From NCBI GenBank assembly GCA_964480565.1, contig CAYZSU010000001.1, positions 1 to 59,246 on the forward strand: a DNA stretch of 59,246 bases, read 5' to 3'. A program made the translations under genes and the position numbers. Origin of the DNA: an uncultured Myxococcales bacterium (lineage in GTDB: Bacteria; UBA10199; 2-02-FULL-44-16; JAAZCA01). Under the pieces are notes generated by a model. The model did not search any database and had not been told where the DNA came from. It saw only the letters and a program-made list of their open reading frames with translations. Each line of letters opens with the position of its first letter. The first letter of the stretch is position 1. This document shows, in pieces, positions 26,514 to 36,498 of this stretch.

Positions 26514-27767
26514 GTGAGTTTGCCAATCAGTACATGCATTATCACAAAAAATGAAGAGAATTATATTGCTGATTGTCTGCAAAGTATATCTGCAATTAGC
26601 CGTGAAATGATTGTTGTGGATACAGGGTCAACGGATAATACTGTAGCAATAGCAAAAGAAAATGGGGCGCAGGTATTCCATGATGAATGGGATGACGATT
26701 TTGCAAAAGCAAAAAATAAAGCCCTGTCATATGCACGTCAACCATGGATACTATCGATAGATGCCGATGAAATTATTTTAGAATGTGATATTGAATCAAT
26801 TAAGCATAGTATTGAATTAAAACAGCCATCATTAATTACAATGATTCAAACAAGCTACTCCTATGATCATAATTCCGTATATTGGAAACCCAATCAGTTG
26901 AATATTTCGCAATTTAATAAGTACCCAGGATTTATTGAATCACGATTGGTTCGTTTGTTTCCAAATCATCCAGACTTGCGTTTTGTGGGGTGCGTGCATG
27001 AAAATATTGAACCCAGTCAATGCGACTGGGGCATATATAATAGTGATATTCGCATTCATCATTATGGATTTTTAAAACCAGCTGCTGCAATGAATGAGAA
27101 AAAATATTTATATGCAACATTGGCGCAGAAAAAAATGAATCTTAATGTGTTGGATCCAAAAGCAGCCTATGAAGCGGGTACACAATGGTGGGAGCTTGGC
27201 AGTCTAATCAATGCGAGGGCTGCATTTGCACAAGCAAATGCATTAAATGCAAAGCATGCGCATACATTGTTTGCATTGGGTTCCATTGAATATGCACTTC
27301 ATAATTATGATCAGGCCTTAAATTATTTTCAAGAACTGCTCGCCATAGGCAATAAAAATATTTTTGCCATGATGGGTCTTTCGGATGTGTATGATGCATT
27401 GGGAAATAAAGAAAAAACAAAGGAAATGCTCGAGCATGCGCAAGAATTATCACCGGATCATCCAATGTTGTGCCAGCGATTGGGTCTTTTTTACCGTGAT
27501 ATGAATCAATTTGAAAAAGCCCTTCACTATTTAAATAGGGCTGCAATATATATGAAAGAATCCCATCGTATATTTTATCAGATTGGGATGACATGCTTGG
27601 ATCTGAAGGATTTCAGTCATGCGCGGAATGCATTTATAGAGTGTTTAAAACTAATTAACGGTGATGTGGATGTGAAAAAAGAGATCAAAAAATGCTATCG
27701 CGGACATCATTTACCAATACACTATTATTCAGAGGTTATAGATATATATGAACAATGTAGAGATTAG
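26514..27767 (+). CDS. Glycosyltransferase family 2 domain fused to C-terminal TPR repeats (paralog 1)
   Basis: ISTCIITKNEE...VVDTGSTDNT...DDFAKAKN...SIDADEII...VHEN...RIHHYG, then TPR-like repeats. GTG start. Confidence 0.78.
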   Translation: MSLPISTCIITKNEENYIADCLQSISAISREMIVVDTGSTDNTVAIAKENGAQVFHDEWDDDFAKAKNKALSYARQPWILSIDADEIILECDIESIKHSIELKQPSLITMIQTSYSYDHNSVYWKPNQLNISQFNKYPGFIESRLVRLFPNHPDLRFVGCVHENIEPSQCDWGIYNSDIRIHHYGFLKPAAAMNEKKYLYATLAQKKMNLNVLDPKAAYEAGTQWWELGSLINARAAFAQANALNAKHAHTLFALGSIEYALHNYDQALNYFQELLAIGNKNIFAMMGLSDVYDALGNKEKTKEMLEHAQELSPDHPMLCQRLGLFYRDMNQFEKALHYLNRAAIYMKESHRIFYQIGMTCLDLKDFSHARNAFIECLKLINGDVDVKKEIKKCYRGHHLPIHYYSEVIDIYEQCRD

Positions 27768-29202
27768 CTTATGCATAATTGCAAGAGATGAATCCGATTG
27801 TATTGCAAAATGCATACAGAGTGTATTGCCCATTGTTTCGGAAGTAATTGTTGTGGATACAGGGTCTGTGGATAATACAAAAGATATTGTACTATCAGTA
27901 TATCCAGAAGCCAAAATTATTTCTATTCCTTGGCCAAATGACTTTGCAAAAGCGCGTAATATCTCACTATCCTATGCAACATGTCCATGGATTTTAGTGC
28001 TGGACGCAGATGAGGTAATTGCTAAATCAGATTTAAAGGCAATTAAACTGTTGGTTGCGCAGGATAGGCACCCAATGTATATGCTCATACAAACAACTTA
28101 TCAGGATGCATCAGCAATTATTGATTGGGAGCCAAATCATTTAAATGAACCAGAGTCCTATGGGTATCCGGGTTATTTTGAATCAGCATTAACACGGTTG
28201 TTTAAACGGTCAACTGATATTCAATTTCATGGTGTCGTGCATGAGCATGCCACGCATCGACTCGACCACATTCAGCCTATCAAGGCCCATGTACGGATTC
28301 ATCATTATGGAAAATATATTTCTCATGCACGCAATCAAAAAAAAGAGGAGCGCTATTTAAACTTGGGCTATATTAAATGCGATCAAGATCCAAAAAATAT
28401 GATGGCACATTATGAGTTAGCCGTGCAATTATGGTCGTTAGGGTATTTGGATAAGGCGATGGAGAAGATTAAACATTGTTTGCACATAAATCCAAATTAT
28501 ATCAATGCATTGCTTGCGGGTGCGAACATTGCTATCAAACAATATCAATATGCCGATGCATTATCCTATTTTATGCGTGTATTGGACATAGATTCTAGCA
28601 ATAAAAATGTGTATCAATATTTGCCCAGTGTATTATTGGAAATGAATGATCTGGCATTAGCGGGCAAGGTGTTGAAACAGGCATTTCAAATATGTGGTCA
28701 ATTACCGCCATTATTGGTGAATCAGGCTGTATTATGTTTGCGAAAAAATCGTTTTTTTGATGCCATTATGTATTGCAATGATGCACTTAAGATAAATTCA
28801 AATGAAGCGCTCGCTCATTTTAATATGGGATTGGCCTATTTTCATATCGATGATATGATTGCTGCAAAAGCGGCATTTATAAAGAGCGAATCATATATGG
28901 AAACAGAGATTATGGCGGCTAGAAAATTGGGTGAAATTGCATTAAAAGAGTATGACTGGGAAATGGCATTGACTAAATTGGAATACGTAATGCAAAAAAA
29001 AGAAATGGATGACGATCTTTTATTGCATTGTACTATTGCGAGTATTAAATCAAATAAGAATGACAAGGCAATACAGTATTGCCAACAAATAAATGGCGCT
29101 CTATTTACTAATAAACAACAACATGATGCATATCAGTGGTGCCAACAACAGTTAATTGAATTAAAGGAGCAATCGCATGATAGAACAAATGAGATTAGCT
29201 GA
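27748..29202 (+). CDS. Glycosyltransferase family 2 domain fused to C-terminal TPR repeats (paralog 2)
   Basis: ISLCIIARDES...VVDTGSVDNT...NDFAKARN...VLDADEVI...VHEH...RIHHYG. Collinear motif-by-motif with 26514-27767, with a longer TPR tail. Confidence 0.78.
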   Translation: MNNVEISLCIIARDESDCIAKCIQSVLPIVSEVIVVDTGSVDNTKDIVLSVYPEAKIISIPWPNDFAKARNISLSYATCPWILVLDADEVIAKSDLKAIKLLVAQDRHPMYMLIQTTYQDASAIIDWEPNHLNEPESYGYPGYFESALTRLFKRSTDIQFHGVVHEHATHRLDHIQPIKAHVRIHHYGKYISHARNQKKEERYLNLGYIKCDQDPKNMMAHYELAVQLWSLGYLDKAMEKIKHCLHINPNYINALLAGANIAIKQYQYADALSYFMRVLDIDSSNKNVYQYLPSVLLEMNDLALAGKVLKQAFQICGQLPPLLVNQAVLCLRKNRFFDAIMYCNDALKINSNEALAHFNMGLAYFHIDDMIAAKAAFIKSESYMETEIMAARKLGEIALKEYDWEMALTKLEYVMQKKEMDDDLLLHCTIASIKSNKNDKAIQYCQQINGALFTNKQQHDAYQWCQQQLIELKEQSHDRTNEIS

Positions 29203-30088
29203 GATCATATTCGTCAATGGATATATTCCCCGTTATGTTCATGAGAGCCAAGGTTGGATAAATGAATATGTAAATAGCAATAAAGCGGTATTATCCTATG
29301 ATCAAGAAAGCTATTATTTGCATGCAAGTACGGATTATCAGAAAGAGCTCAATGATATCTTTGATAATGAGATTAAATTTCATTTGGTTTCAGATAATGT
29401 ATGGAAAATTGATGGTATTTCAAGTTGGAATGAACTCTTTATGATGCTTAACCTAGGAGTTGTGTCAGGGTTTATCAGCGATTCTATTTCTATTGAGATA
29501 GACGATGTATTGCAGCAAGCATTTTCAGTAGATGTATCCGATGAAAATGCAGCCAATGCATTGGTTATAGAGCTTGAAGGTCAGTTGGGGCAAATAAAGC
29601 AACAAGCCATTGCCCTTAATTTGATTGGTAAATTAGTGCAAGCAAAAGATGTGAGGAAAGCATCGGAATTTTTTAGAAATGCAATTGAATTATTGCCTCA
29701 GTATAGTGAGGTCTACTCCAATTTTGGTGCATTATTATGGCAAAATGAAGTCAAGGATGAGGCTGTTCAGTTATTTACAGAGGCTGTGCTGAAAAATCCA
29801 TGGAATGATATTGCATGGTTAAACTTTTTTGATGTGGGTTATGAAATGGGATTATTTAGTGATATGTGCAATATCATCGATTATGTGAGGCAACATTTTG
29901 ATGCACATAATGATGTATTAACACTTCATCATGCCATATGCTTAAATAAATTAGGCAAATATGATGCAGCAAAAAGAGAGCTGGATGATTATTTGTTGCA
30001 ATATCCAGACGACTCAGAAGCCAAGCTGATTTTACAGGATGTAGAGAAAATGCGTGTGCAAAATAATCAACCCCTGGGTTCTATGTAA
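29177..30088 (+). CDS. TPR-repeat protein
   Basis: The C-terminal half has TPR-like repeats (FRNAIELLPQYSEVYSNFGALLWQNEVKDEAVQLFTEAVLKNPWND...). The N-terminal half is unassigned. Confidence 0.6.
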   Translation: MIEQMRLAEIIFVNGYIPRYVHESQGWINEYVNSNKAVLSYDQESYYLHASTDYQKELNDIFDNEIKFHLVSDNVWKIDGISSWNELFMMLNLGVVSGFISDSISIEIDDVLQQAFSVDVSDENAANALVIELEGQLGQIKQQAIALNLIGKLVQAKDVRKASEFFRNAIELLPQYSEVYSNFGALLWQNEVKDEAVQLFTEAVLKNPWNDIAWLNFFDVGYEMGLFSDMCNIIDYVRQHFDAHNDVLTLHHAICLNKLGKYDAAKRELDDYLLQYPDDSEAKLILQDVEKMRVQNNQPLGSM

Positions 30089-30196
30089 GAATATGAAATG
30101 AGATTGTTCCAAAATACTCATCTGTGGTATTTTTGCGTCTCTTCGAAATGCTTATTTTTCAATAAATTAAAATAGAACTATTAAGGAGCAATAACC

Positions 30197-31495
30197 ATGG
30201 CGCGTATTGTATTTTGGCATACAGGCATGGAAATTTCAGGTCATTCGCTTGAGATGCAACCCTTAGGTGGTACGGAATCTGCACTGATTTATATGGCCAA
30301 AGCATTGGTTTTGTGTGGTCATCATATATCCATATATACCAATGTAAATGGTGCGCATCAATCAGATGGTGTTTATTTTTACCCGCTGCGGGATGCGGAA
30401 TTGCATTTAAATAAACTGCCGGCAGATATATTGATTTGCCTTCGCCAAACACTACCTGCATTGGCCTTGCCCGCAAAATTTCATATTTATTTTTCACCTG
30501 ATGCTTATGATCAACCCTTTGTAAACCGGGCCTTTACTGTGCGCATTGATCAGGATCCCTATGCGTTTGAAGCAGGGTTTTATTCATTGCGCTTTGCAAA
30601 GAAATGGTTTGATTTGATTTTTTGTGTAGGGCATTGGCAAGCTAAAACCTTTATGGATCGATTTCATATTCCTGAAGAGAGGTGCGTTGTTTGTGGCAAT
30701 GGTGTGGATGTAAATTTATTCGATCACAATCCAGAGCTGAACAATCGACAGCCATCTATTATTTATGCAAGTACACCCTTTCGTGGACTAGATCATTTAA
30801 TTCGTTTATTTCCGCAAATACAGGATAAAGTACCTAATGCAAGATGTGATGTGTATAGCGGCATGCAACTTTATGGCAGTTCAATACAAGAAGATGAATC
30901 GGAATTCGGGCATATTTATGCACAGGCGCGTCAATATCCATCTGTTCATATTCATGCACCGGTGTGTAAATTGGAATTAGCGCATGCAATGCAGCAGGCA
31001 CGCGTGATGGCATATCCAAATACATTTGCAGAAACATTTTGCATTGCAGTATTAGAGGCGCAAGCCGCAGGCCTGCCAGTTATTACTACAGGGCTTGCAG
31101 GGTTGAATGAACGAATCTCTCATGAGAAAAATGGTTTTTTAATTCCAGGCCGGCCAGGTGATGTAAGATATGATGAGCAATTTGTTCAACATGTATGTCA
31201 TTTAATGACAAATGACTCTATGTGGGAACTTCAGAGCCAAAAGGCCTTTGAGGCGAGTCGGCGTTGGGATTATAGCGTGCTTGCCAATGAATGGACGGAT
31301 TATTTTAATACATTAAATTTATCAAAACGAGTGCCTCATAAAGCAGAACTATCTGTAACCGCACAGTCTACATCAGTATTAATCAATGGATACCCTAAAA
31401 AAGTAGAGATATCAGAGCGTATAATGCGACATTATTTAGCAGGGTATTTACGGGGATTTGAATTGCATCAAGCGGCATGTAAAATTGATAGTTAA
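30197..31495 (+). CDS. Glycosyltransferase, GT-B fold (family 4-like)
   Basis: N-terminal LGGTESALIYMAKALVLCGHHISIYT and C-terminal ETFCIAVLEAQAAGLPVITTGLAGLNERISHEKNGFLIPG. Confidence 0.78.
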   Translation: MARIVFWHTGMEISGHSLEMQPLGGTESALIYMAKALVLCGHHISIYTNVNGAHQSDGVYFYPLRDAELHLNKLPADILICLRQTLPALALPAKFHIYFSPDAYDQPFVNRAFTVRIDQDPYAFEAGFYSLRFAKKWFDLIFCVGHWQAKTFMDRFHIPEERCVVCGNGVDVNLFDHNPELNNRQPSIIYASTPFRGLDHLIRLFPQIQDKVPNARCDVYSGMQLYGSSIQEDESEFGHIYAQARQYPSVHIHAPVCKLELAHAMQQARVMAYPNTFAETFCIAVLEAQAAGLPVITTGLAGLNERISHEKNGFLIPGRPGDVRYDEQFVQHVCHLMTNDSMWELQSQKAFEASRRWDYSVLANEWTDYFNTLNLSKRVPHKAELSVTAQSTSVLINGYPKKVEISERIMRHYLAGYLRGFELHQAACKIDS

Positions 31496-31545
31496 GGCTC
31501 ATTCTAAAAACTTCTATTTATCAACAGTTCTTTTTTTTATGGTAA

Positions 31546-32916
31546 TTACTGAATACTAATGCCATCTTTTTGATACTCATTTAATTTATTTCTAAGTGTG
31601 CGTAAGCTAATCCCTAATGACTGGGCTGTATGTGTACGATTTCCCTCATGATGATTTAATGTTTGGAGTATTAACCGTCGCTCCATATCGCGAATAGGGA
31701 TGATCTCAAATGAGTCTTCGGTATCAGAAGATATTTTAGTAATCGGCATTACAGGTGATGTTTGCGGAATATCAAGTGTTAAATCATTAGGTTCAATGAT
31801 GTCATTTTCGCATAACATGGCGGCTCGAATAATTGTATTTTCAAGTTCTCGAATATTTCCCGGCCAATCATAATCATGAATGACTTGCTTTGCTTTTTCA
31901 GATAATACTAAATTTCTAGAAAGCATTTGGTATTTTTCTCGCTCTAAAAAGAATTGTGTTAAAGTGAGCACATCACTTTTTCGATCGCATAATGATGGAA
32001 TATGAACAGGAATAACATGGAGTCGGTAATAGAGATCTTCTCGGAAAGTACCTTGCTCAACACATTTTTTTAAATCACGATTGGTGCTGGCAATAATGCG
32101 TGCTTTAAGTTGGATGGATTGTGTGCCGCCAACCGTATAATATTCTCTTTCCTGTAATACGCGTAGTAATTTGGCTTGCAAGCTTAAGTCCATTTCACTG
32201 ATTTCATCTAAAAAAATAGTTCCATCTTTTGCCAGGGAAAATTTTCCAATGCGTGATTGCATGGCACCTGTAAATGCACCGCGTTCATGGCCAAATAACT
32301 CCGCTTCAAGTAAATTTTCAGGAATTGCTGCGCAATTAATTGCAATAAGTGGGCCTCTTGAGTGAGAGGATTGTTCATGAATATGTTTGGCTATAATTTC
32401 TTTGCCAGTGCCAGAGTTGCCACTGATTAATACAGTTACAGAACTGGTACAAACGCTCTTTAAAATCCGCAACATCTGTTGCATTTTTACACTATTTTTT
32501 AAGCTGGGCCATTCATTGGGTGCAATATAGCATTTTGGGGAGCTAGCTTCTTTATTGTTTTGCTGGTCGCTAAGTCCCTTATCCAGTGCATCACGTAAAT
32601 CATCAGCGGAAAATGGTTTTAAGAGATAATCGACTGCACCTGCATTGATTGCTTGCCTGGCATCTCTGGCAGAGCCAGTTGCAGACATGACAATGGTTGG
32701 CGCTTTGGCTTCATATTTAATGAAATTGCTTAAGTCACCGCGTATGACAGCTTCATCGATAAGAATTAAATCATAATTTTGCTCGGGACTTGTTTTTAAT
32801 GCCTGTGTGGATGCAGCAAAAAGAGGCGTATAGCCCAAACGATTCAAAAGTGCGGCAATGGCATTGGCCATGCTTTGTAGTGGTTCAACAATGAGTATTT
32901 TCGTCTGAACAATCAC
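31546..32916 (-). CDS. sigma54-dependent response regulator (NtrC family; FlrC/FleR/FlgR/FlbD-like)
   Basis: Receiver domain (LILID, VMSAT, LLKPF), AAA+ domain with GNSGTGKE and GAFTGA, and C-terminal HTH AQSLGISLRTLRNKL. GTG start behind GGAG. Confidence 0.92.
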   Translation of the reverse strand: MIVQTKILIVEPLQSMANAIAALLNRLGYTPLFAASTQALKTSPEQNYDLILIDEAVIRGDLSNFIKYEAKAPTIVMSATGSARDARQAINAGAVDYLLKPFSADDLRDALDKGLSDQQNNKEASSPKCYIAPNEWPSLKNSVKMQQMLRILKSVCTSSVTVLISGNSGTGKEIIAKHIHEQSSHSRGPLIAINCAAIPENLLEAELFGHERGAFTGAMQSRIGKFSLAKDGTIFLDEISEMDLSLQAKLLRVLQEREYYTVGGTQSIQLKARIIASTNRDLKKCVEQGTFREDLYYRLHVIPVHIPSLCDRKSDVLTLTQFFLEREKYQMLSRNLVLSEKAKQVIHDYDWPGNIRELENTIIRAAMLCENDIIEPNDLTLDIPQTSPVMPITKISSDTEDSFEIIPIRDMERRLILQTLNHHEGNRTHTAQSLGISLRTLRNKLNEYQKDGISIQ

Positions 32917-33273
32917 CTAGATTTATCTCCCCCTTGAAGCCATCCGATGTAATTTTTCAGAACATAATCACATTAAAGTAAAATGACAACAGACTATCGA
33001 ATGATTTTTTTATTTTTTTTGTGGATATGAGATTAGAGGTAATTCGTTGAAGCTGTATCGAGATGTTTTTAAAGGAATAGCTGAAAAATAAATTGACAAA
33101 TGCAGTGATTGTAAAGACTTGGTCGTACCCTTTAACGGGAGTGCCTATAAAGCGTCGATCTCCTGTATTTCCTGATAAATCCAATTCAGTTGTATGCTCG
33201 TAGGGTTTTATCTTTAGTGGATTTGCTGTTTTTTGAATATTTCCGAAAATTGTCTATTCCCAAGGGCAGTTCC

Positions 33274-34008
33274 TTAATAAATAGTGGTTGTGTGATTTAA
33301 TTGATGCTTATGAGGAATGAAAATATTAATTTCAGGAAGTCCATCAATGGGTTCACTAATATCCACTGCGCCTTGATGAAATTGTGTGAGTTCATGAATG
33401 CGTGCAAAGTCACTAAATAATTGTGAATTTAAATTAATTTCATTGTTGATGTGTTCTTCAATTGTTAGGCAATTATAGGATTCAGTGAGCGATTTAAATT
33501 GAATGGTAAAATGTTTTGAAATATTATTTAAATCAATTGTAATTTCAGTGTGATCATCAATAATTGCTGATAAAAATAAAATACAGTGTACGGTGAGTTG
33601 GCGCAATAATGTTTTGTCCAGCCATATGGGTACGATTGACTGTGATTTATTTAATGTAAGTTCAATTTGACGTTGGCTCATGAGTGGATAACAATCTTCA
33701 ATGCCTTGTAAAATAGGGTCAATGGGGGATGCGAGTTCCAGTTCCAGGCTCATTTCCTTATGAGATGTATGGTCGCTGATAATTTGTTTGATTTCAGATA
33801 GGGCACTTTCAATGCAGTGAAGCTCGCTGTTTTTTTCGTTGACGCTTGAATAGGATGATATACTAAGCTCAATGGCTCCTAAGGATCCTCGAATTCGTGA
33901 TATCACAGAATCAAGTGCAGATCTAGCACATGCTAGCCCTTTTTCGCGATTGAAATGGTTCTTAAAAATGTGGTCCATGTGAGGGATATTTATTGGTTTG
34001 TTGGTCAT
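33274..34008 (-). CDS. Histidine-kinase-like protein, soluble, with a degenerate catalytic domain
   Basis: Possible H-box NHFNREKGLACARSALDSV. C-terminal end ...HQGAVDISEPIDGLPEINIFIP resembles the tail of HATPase_c. I cannot find the N and G1/G2 boxes. Adjacent to the response regulator. Confidence 0.35.
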   Translation of the reverse strand: MTNKPINIPHMDHIFKNHFNREKGLACARSALDSVISRIRGSLGAIELSISSYSSVNEKNSELHCIESALSEIKQIISDHTSHKEMSLELELASPIDPILQGIEDCYPLMSQRQIELTLNKSQSIVPIWLDKTLLRQLTVHCILFLSAIIDDHTEITIDLNNISKHFTIQFKSLTESYNCLTIEEHINNEINLNSQLFSDFARIHELTQFHQGAVDISEPIDGLPEINIFIPHKHQLNHTTTIY

Positions 34009-36146
34009 TTTACTAACTCCAGTTGGCGTTTTGTTTTTAAGTAGGCTTCGTAATTTTTTGCAAATGAGCCAGAAAATCGGTCGTCATTTTCTGTACTTTT
34101 ATTCCAGAATTGGCTGGCTTCATCATATTTTCCCTGTTTGCGATATGCTTCAATGAGAATAAACATCGTATCAACGGGCATTTGATATTTTATAAGTGTG
34201 GGTTTAAGGCGTTCAAAAAAAGCAGTGGCTTTAGAATATTGATTGGATTTAGCAAAGCTTTTAATTCCTAAATAAGCGGCATTATGTTTGCTTTCATGTT
34301 TTTTATCAGATGGAAAAAACTCAAGTGGTCCGATGATATCAAATAATACTTTGATCGATTCTTCATAACGTCCGGATTTATGCAGTGTTAGCGCATAATC
34401 AAATAGAAGCTCCTGTCGTTGCATTGCATTTGTTTCTAATGCAATGGCTGTCTGCAGTTTTTCGCTGGCTAATCCAAATTTACTTTCCATCAATGCAATG
34501 CGTCCAGTGATGGCAATGTAATCCTTATTGCTTATTACAATGTCATCTTTTGGAATTGTTTTTAATGCTGTTTTTGCAATATCAAGATTGCTGTTCTTAA
34601 GTGCTAAATTAGCCAATGTGAGTTGGATGGCATATTTCATTTCCAAGTCAATTGTGAATCGGTGAAGTAAACGAGTATACATGCGTTTGGCCCATCCATG
34701 TAGACCACTGTCAATGAATGCAGATGCTATGTGATAGACAAGTATGTGAGAATCATGTGAGAGTTGAATTTGTTCAGCATAACGTAAACAGAGTATAATA
34801 AATTCAATGGATGTATGTTGTTCTTTTGCGATGGGGTATAATTCATAGAGGGTTGCAACCAATAAATCATTGAGCCAGATGCTTGATTTATTTTTTTCTA
34901 TATCGATTTGGAATGATTTATCCAGCAGTACAATGACTTTATTAAAGTTATCCTCATCATATAAAATGCGGCTCAATAATCGTATTCCAGCTAATCTCAA
35001 TGATGATGGCATGGCAATGTCCACAATAGGCGATAATGTATTTTTAATGGTGGCAAAGCTTTTATGCTTATTTTCTAGAAAATCAATGCGATGCATGGCA
35101 ATGAGTGCTGCCCAGTGAACATCGTGAGATGCGTATTTACGTGCTAGTCGCTTATATTGTTTTTTGATTTGAAAATAACTTTTATCGTTCAATGACTGGC
35201 ATTGTATGATTCGATATGCAAATAATGGTGTAAATTTTCCAGGTAGCTTGATCAGTTCCTTAAATAATTCATGTGCTTTTTCATACTTGCCTATTTGAAA
35301 TAAACTCTCCGCATAATAAATAGCGGATGTGCGTATTGCCGCATCTGTTTTTGATGGTGGTAATATAATATCAAGGTACTTTTCATACCATTTTATGCTT
35401 TCTTCATATTCATTTCGTTGAAACAGGGCATCGCCATATCGAGAAAGAATGCTGTGGGATACTTGCTCAGCAGTGGTTTGATTGGCGAGCATCCATAAAT
35501 AGTCTTCTGCGCGTTTATAACGGCCATGGCGATAATAATTCTCCATAATCATGGTGCGCAATTGATTGGTATACTCCGCATGATGTAAATAATGTTTTTC
35601 CGTAATACGCATGAAACGTGTGGCAGCTTCATAATTTTTTGAGTTCATTAACGTGAGTGCATAATTGAACTCCAATGCCATTTTCAAACTGGGTGAGATT
35701 TTTCTCTGTTTTGCTTTTTTATATTGAATTTGTGCGTGGGTTAAATGCGAAGTGTTATCTTTCATCAGTGCTAAGCATAGATGGATATCGCCTAGCAATA
35801 AAAACATTTCAGGGTTTATGTGGGATGCATTGGAAATACGGTTGGATAATGTATGTATTGCTTGATGGTAAATGGATTCATATTTGGCCTGAGATGAATA
35901 TTCAAAATGCGTTAAGTTGGCAGCGCTTAATACTTGCTGAGGGTAAGAATATGCCCAGGGTGATATGGTGGTATTGGTTTTGGGGTATGCTTTTAACAGC
36001 CAGGAATCTTTGTCTATAGGGATTATACCTAGCTTGGGAGCGATGTTTGACTGAGCACTAAATAGAGCAACCGAACGTGCATTAGATATTGTATGAATTA
36101 AAATCATAGCGAAGATTAAAAAAATAAGTGGATATCGTTTTTTCAT
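34005..36146 (-). CDS. Secreted/periplasmic TPR-repeat protein, 713 aa
   Basis: Signal peptide MKKRYPLIFLIFAMILIHTISNA, then numerous TPR-like Y/A-rich repeats. First gene of the regulator operon. Confidence 0.6.
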   Translation of the reverse strand: MKKRYPLIFLIFAMILIHTISNARSVALFSAQSNIAPKLGIIPIDKDSWLLKAYPKTNTTISPWAYSYPQQVLSAANLTHFEYSSQAKYESIYHQAIHTLSNRISNASHINPEMFLLLGDIHLCLALMKDNTSHLTHAQIQYKKAKQRKISPSLKMALEFNYALTLMNSKNYEAATRFMRITEKHYLHHAEYTNQLRTMIMENYYRHGRYKRAEDYLWMLANQTTAEQVSHSILSRYGDALFQRNEYEESIKWYEKYLDIILPPSKTDAAIRTSAIYYAESLFQIGKYEKAHELFKELIKLPGKFTPLFAYRIIQCQSLNDKSYFQIKKQYKRLARKYASHDVHWAALIAMHRIDFLENKHKSFATIKNTLSPIVDIAMPSSLRLAGIRLLSRILYDEDNFNKVIVLLDKSFQIDIEKNKSSIWLNDLLVATLYELYPIAKEQHTSIEFIILCLRYAEQIQLSHDSHILVYHIASAFIDSGLHGWAKRMYTRLLHRFTIDLEMKYAIQLTLANLALKNSNLDIAKTALKTIPKDDIVISNKDYIAITGRIALMESKFGLASEKLQTAIALETNAMQRQELLFDYALTLHKSGRYEESIKVLFDIIGPLEFFPSDKKHESKHNAAYLGIKSFAKSNQYSKATAFFERLKPTLIKYQMPVDTMFILIEAYRKQGKYDEASQFWNKSTENDDRFSGSFAKNYEAYLKTKRQLELVK

Positions 36147-36210
36147 AGAATATTGCCTTAAAAATTTCTTTCATTTTATTATGCGCAGATTGCAATGCGA
36201 ACATACAGTA

Positions 36211-36226
36211 TGCAAAATAGTTGCCA
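36211..36226 (-). promoter_or_regulatory. sigma54 (-24/-12) promoter of the TPR/kinase-like/activator operon
   Basis: Minus strand reads TGGCAActattTTGCA with canonical spacing, about 65 nt upstream of the ATG at 36146. Confidence 0.75.
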
Positions 36227-36442
36227 AAATTTTTATGTGCGATTTAGAGGGATAGTTTGATGAAATATCAATGAGTTAGGCGGCATTGGTGAAAAGTGCA
36301 TGCATTAATAGCGCGTGAATATGTGAGTTTGCGCTAGGCAAAAGCGAGAGTCGATGGCACTTTTTTCCTAGTTGAAGAATGAATCAATTAAATGCTGTCC
36401 GGCTAACATGTTGAAAAGTAAAAGGAAAATAGATATGATAAT

Positions 36443-36458
36443 TGGCATGAAAATTGCT
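36443..36458 (+). promoter_or_regulatory. sigma54 (-24/-12) promoter of the flgF operon
   Basis: TGGCATgaaaaTTGCT with canonical spacing, 41 nt upstream of the flgF ATG at 36499. Confidence 0.85.
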
Positions 36459-36498
36459 TAACAACTGGGATAGGACTGTTTGCGATTTGGAGGTATTT

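Noticed and set aside
30143-30166. CGAAATGCTTATTTTTCAATAA, and 16203-16224, as further repeat copies
   Set aside because: Only about 20 nt of AT-rich similarity to the repeat core. This could easily be chance, so it is noted only as possible degenerate remnants.
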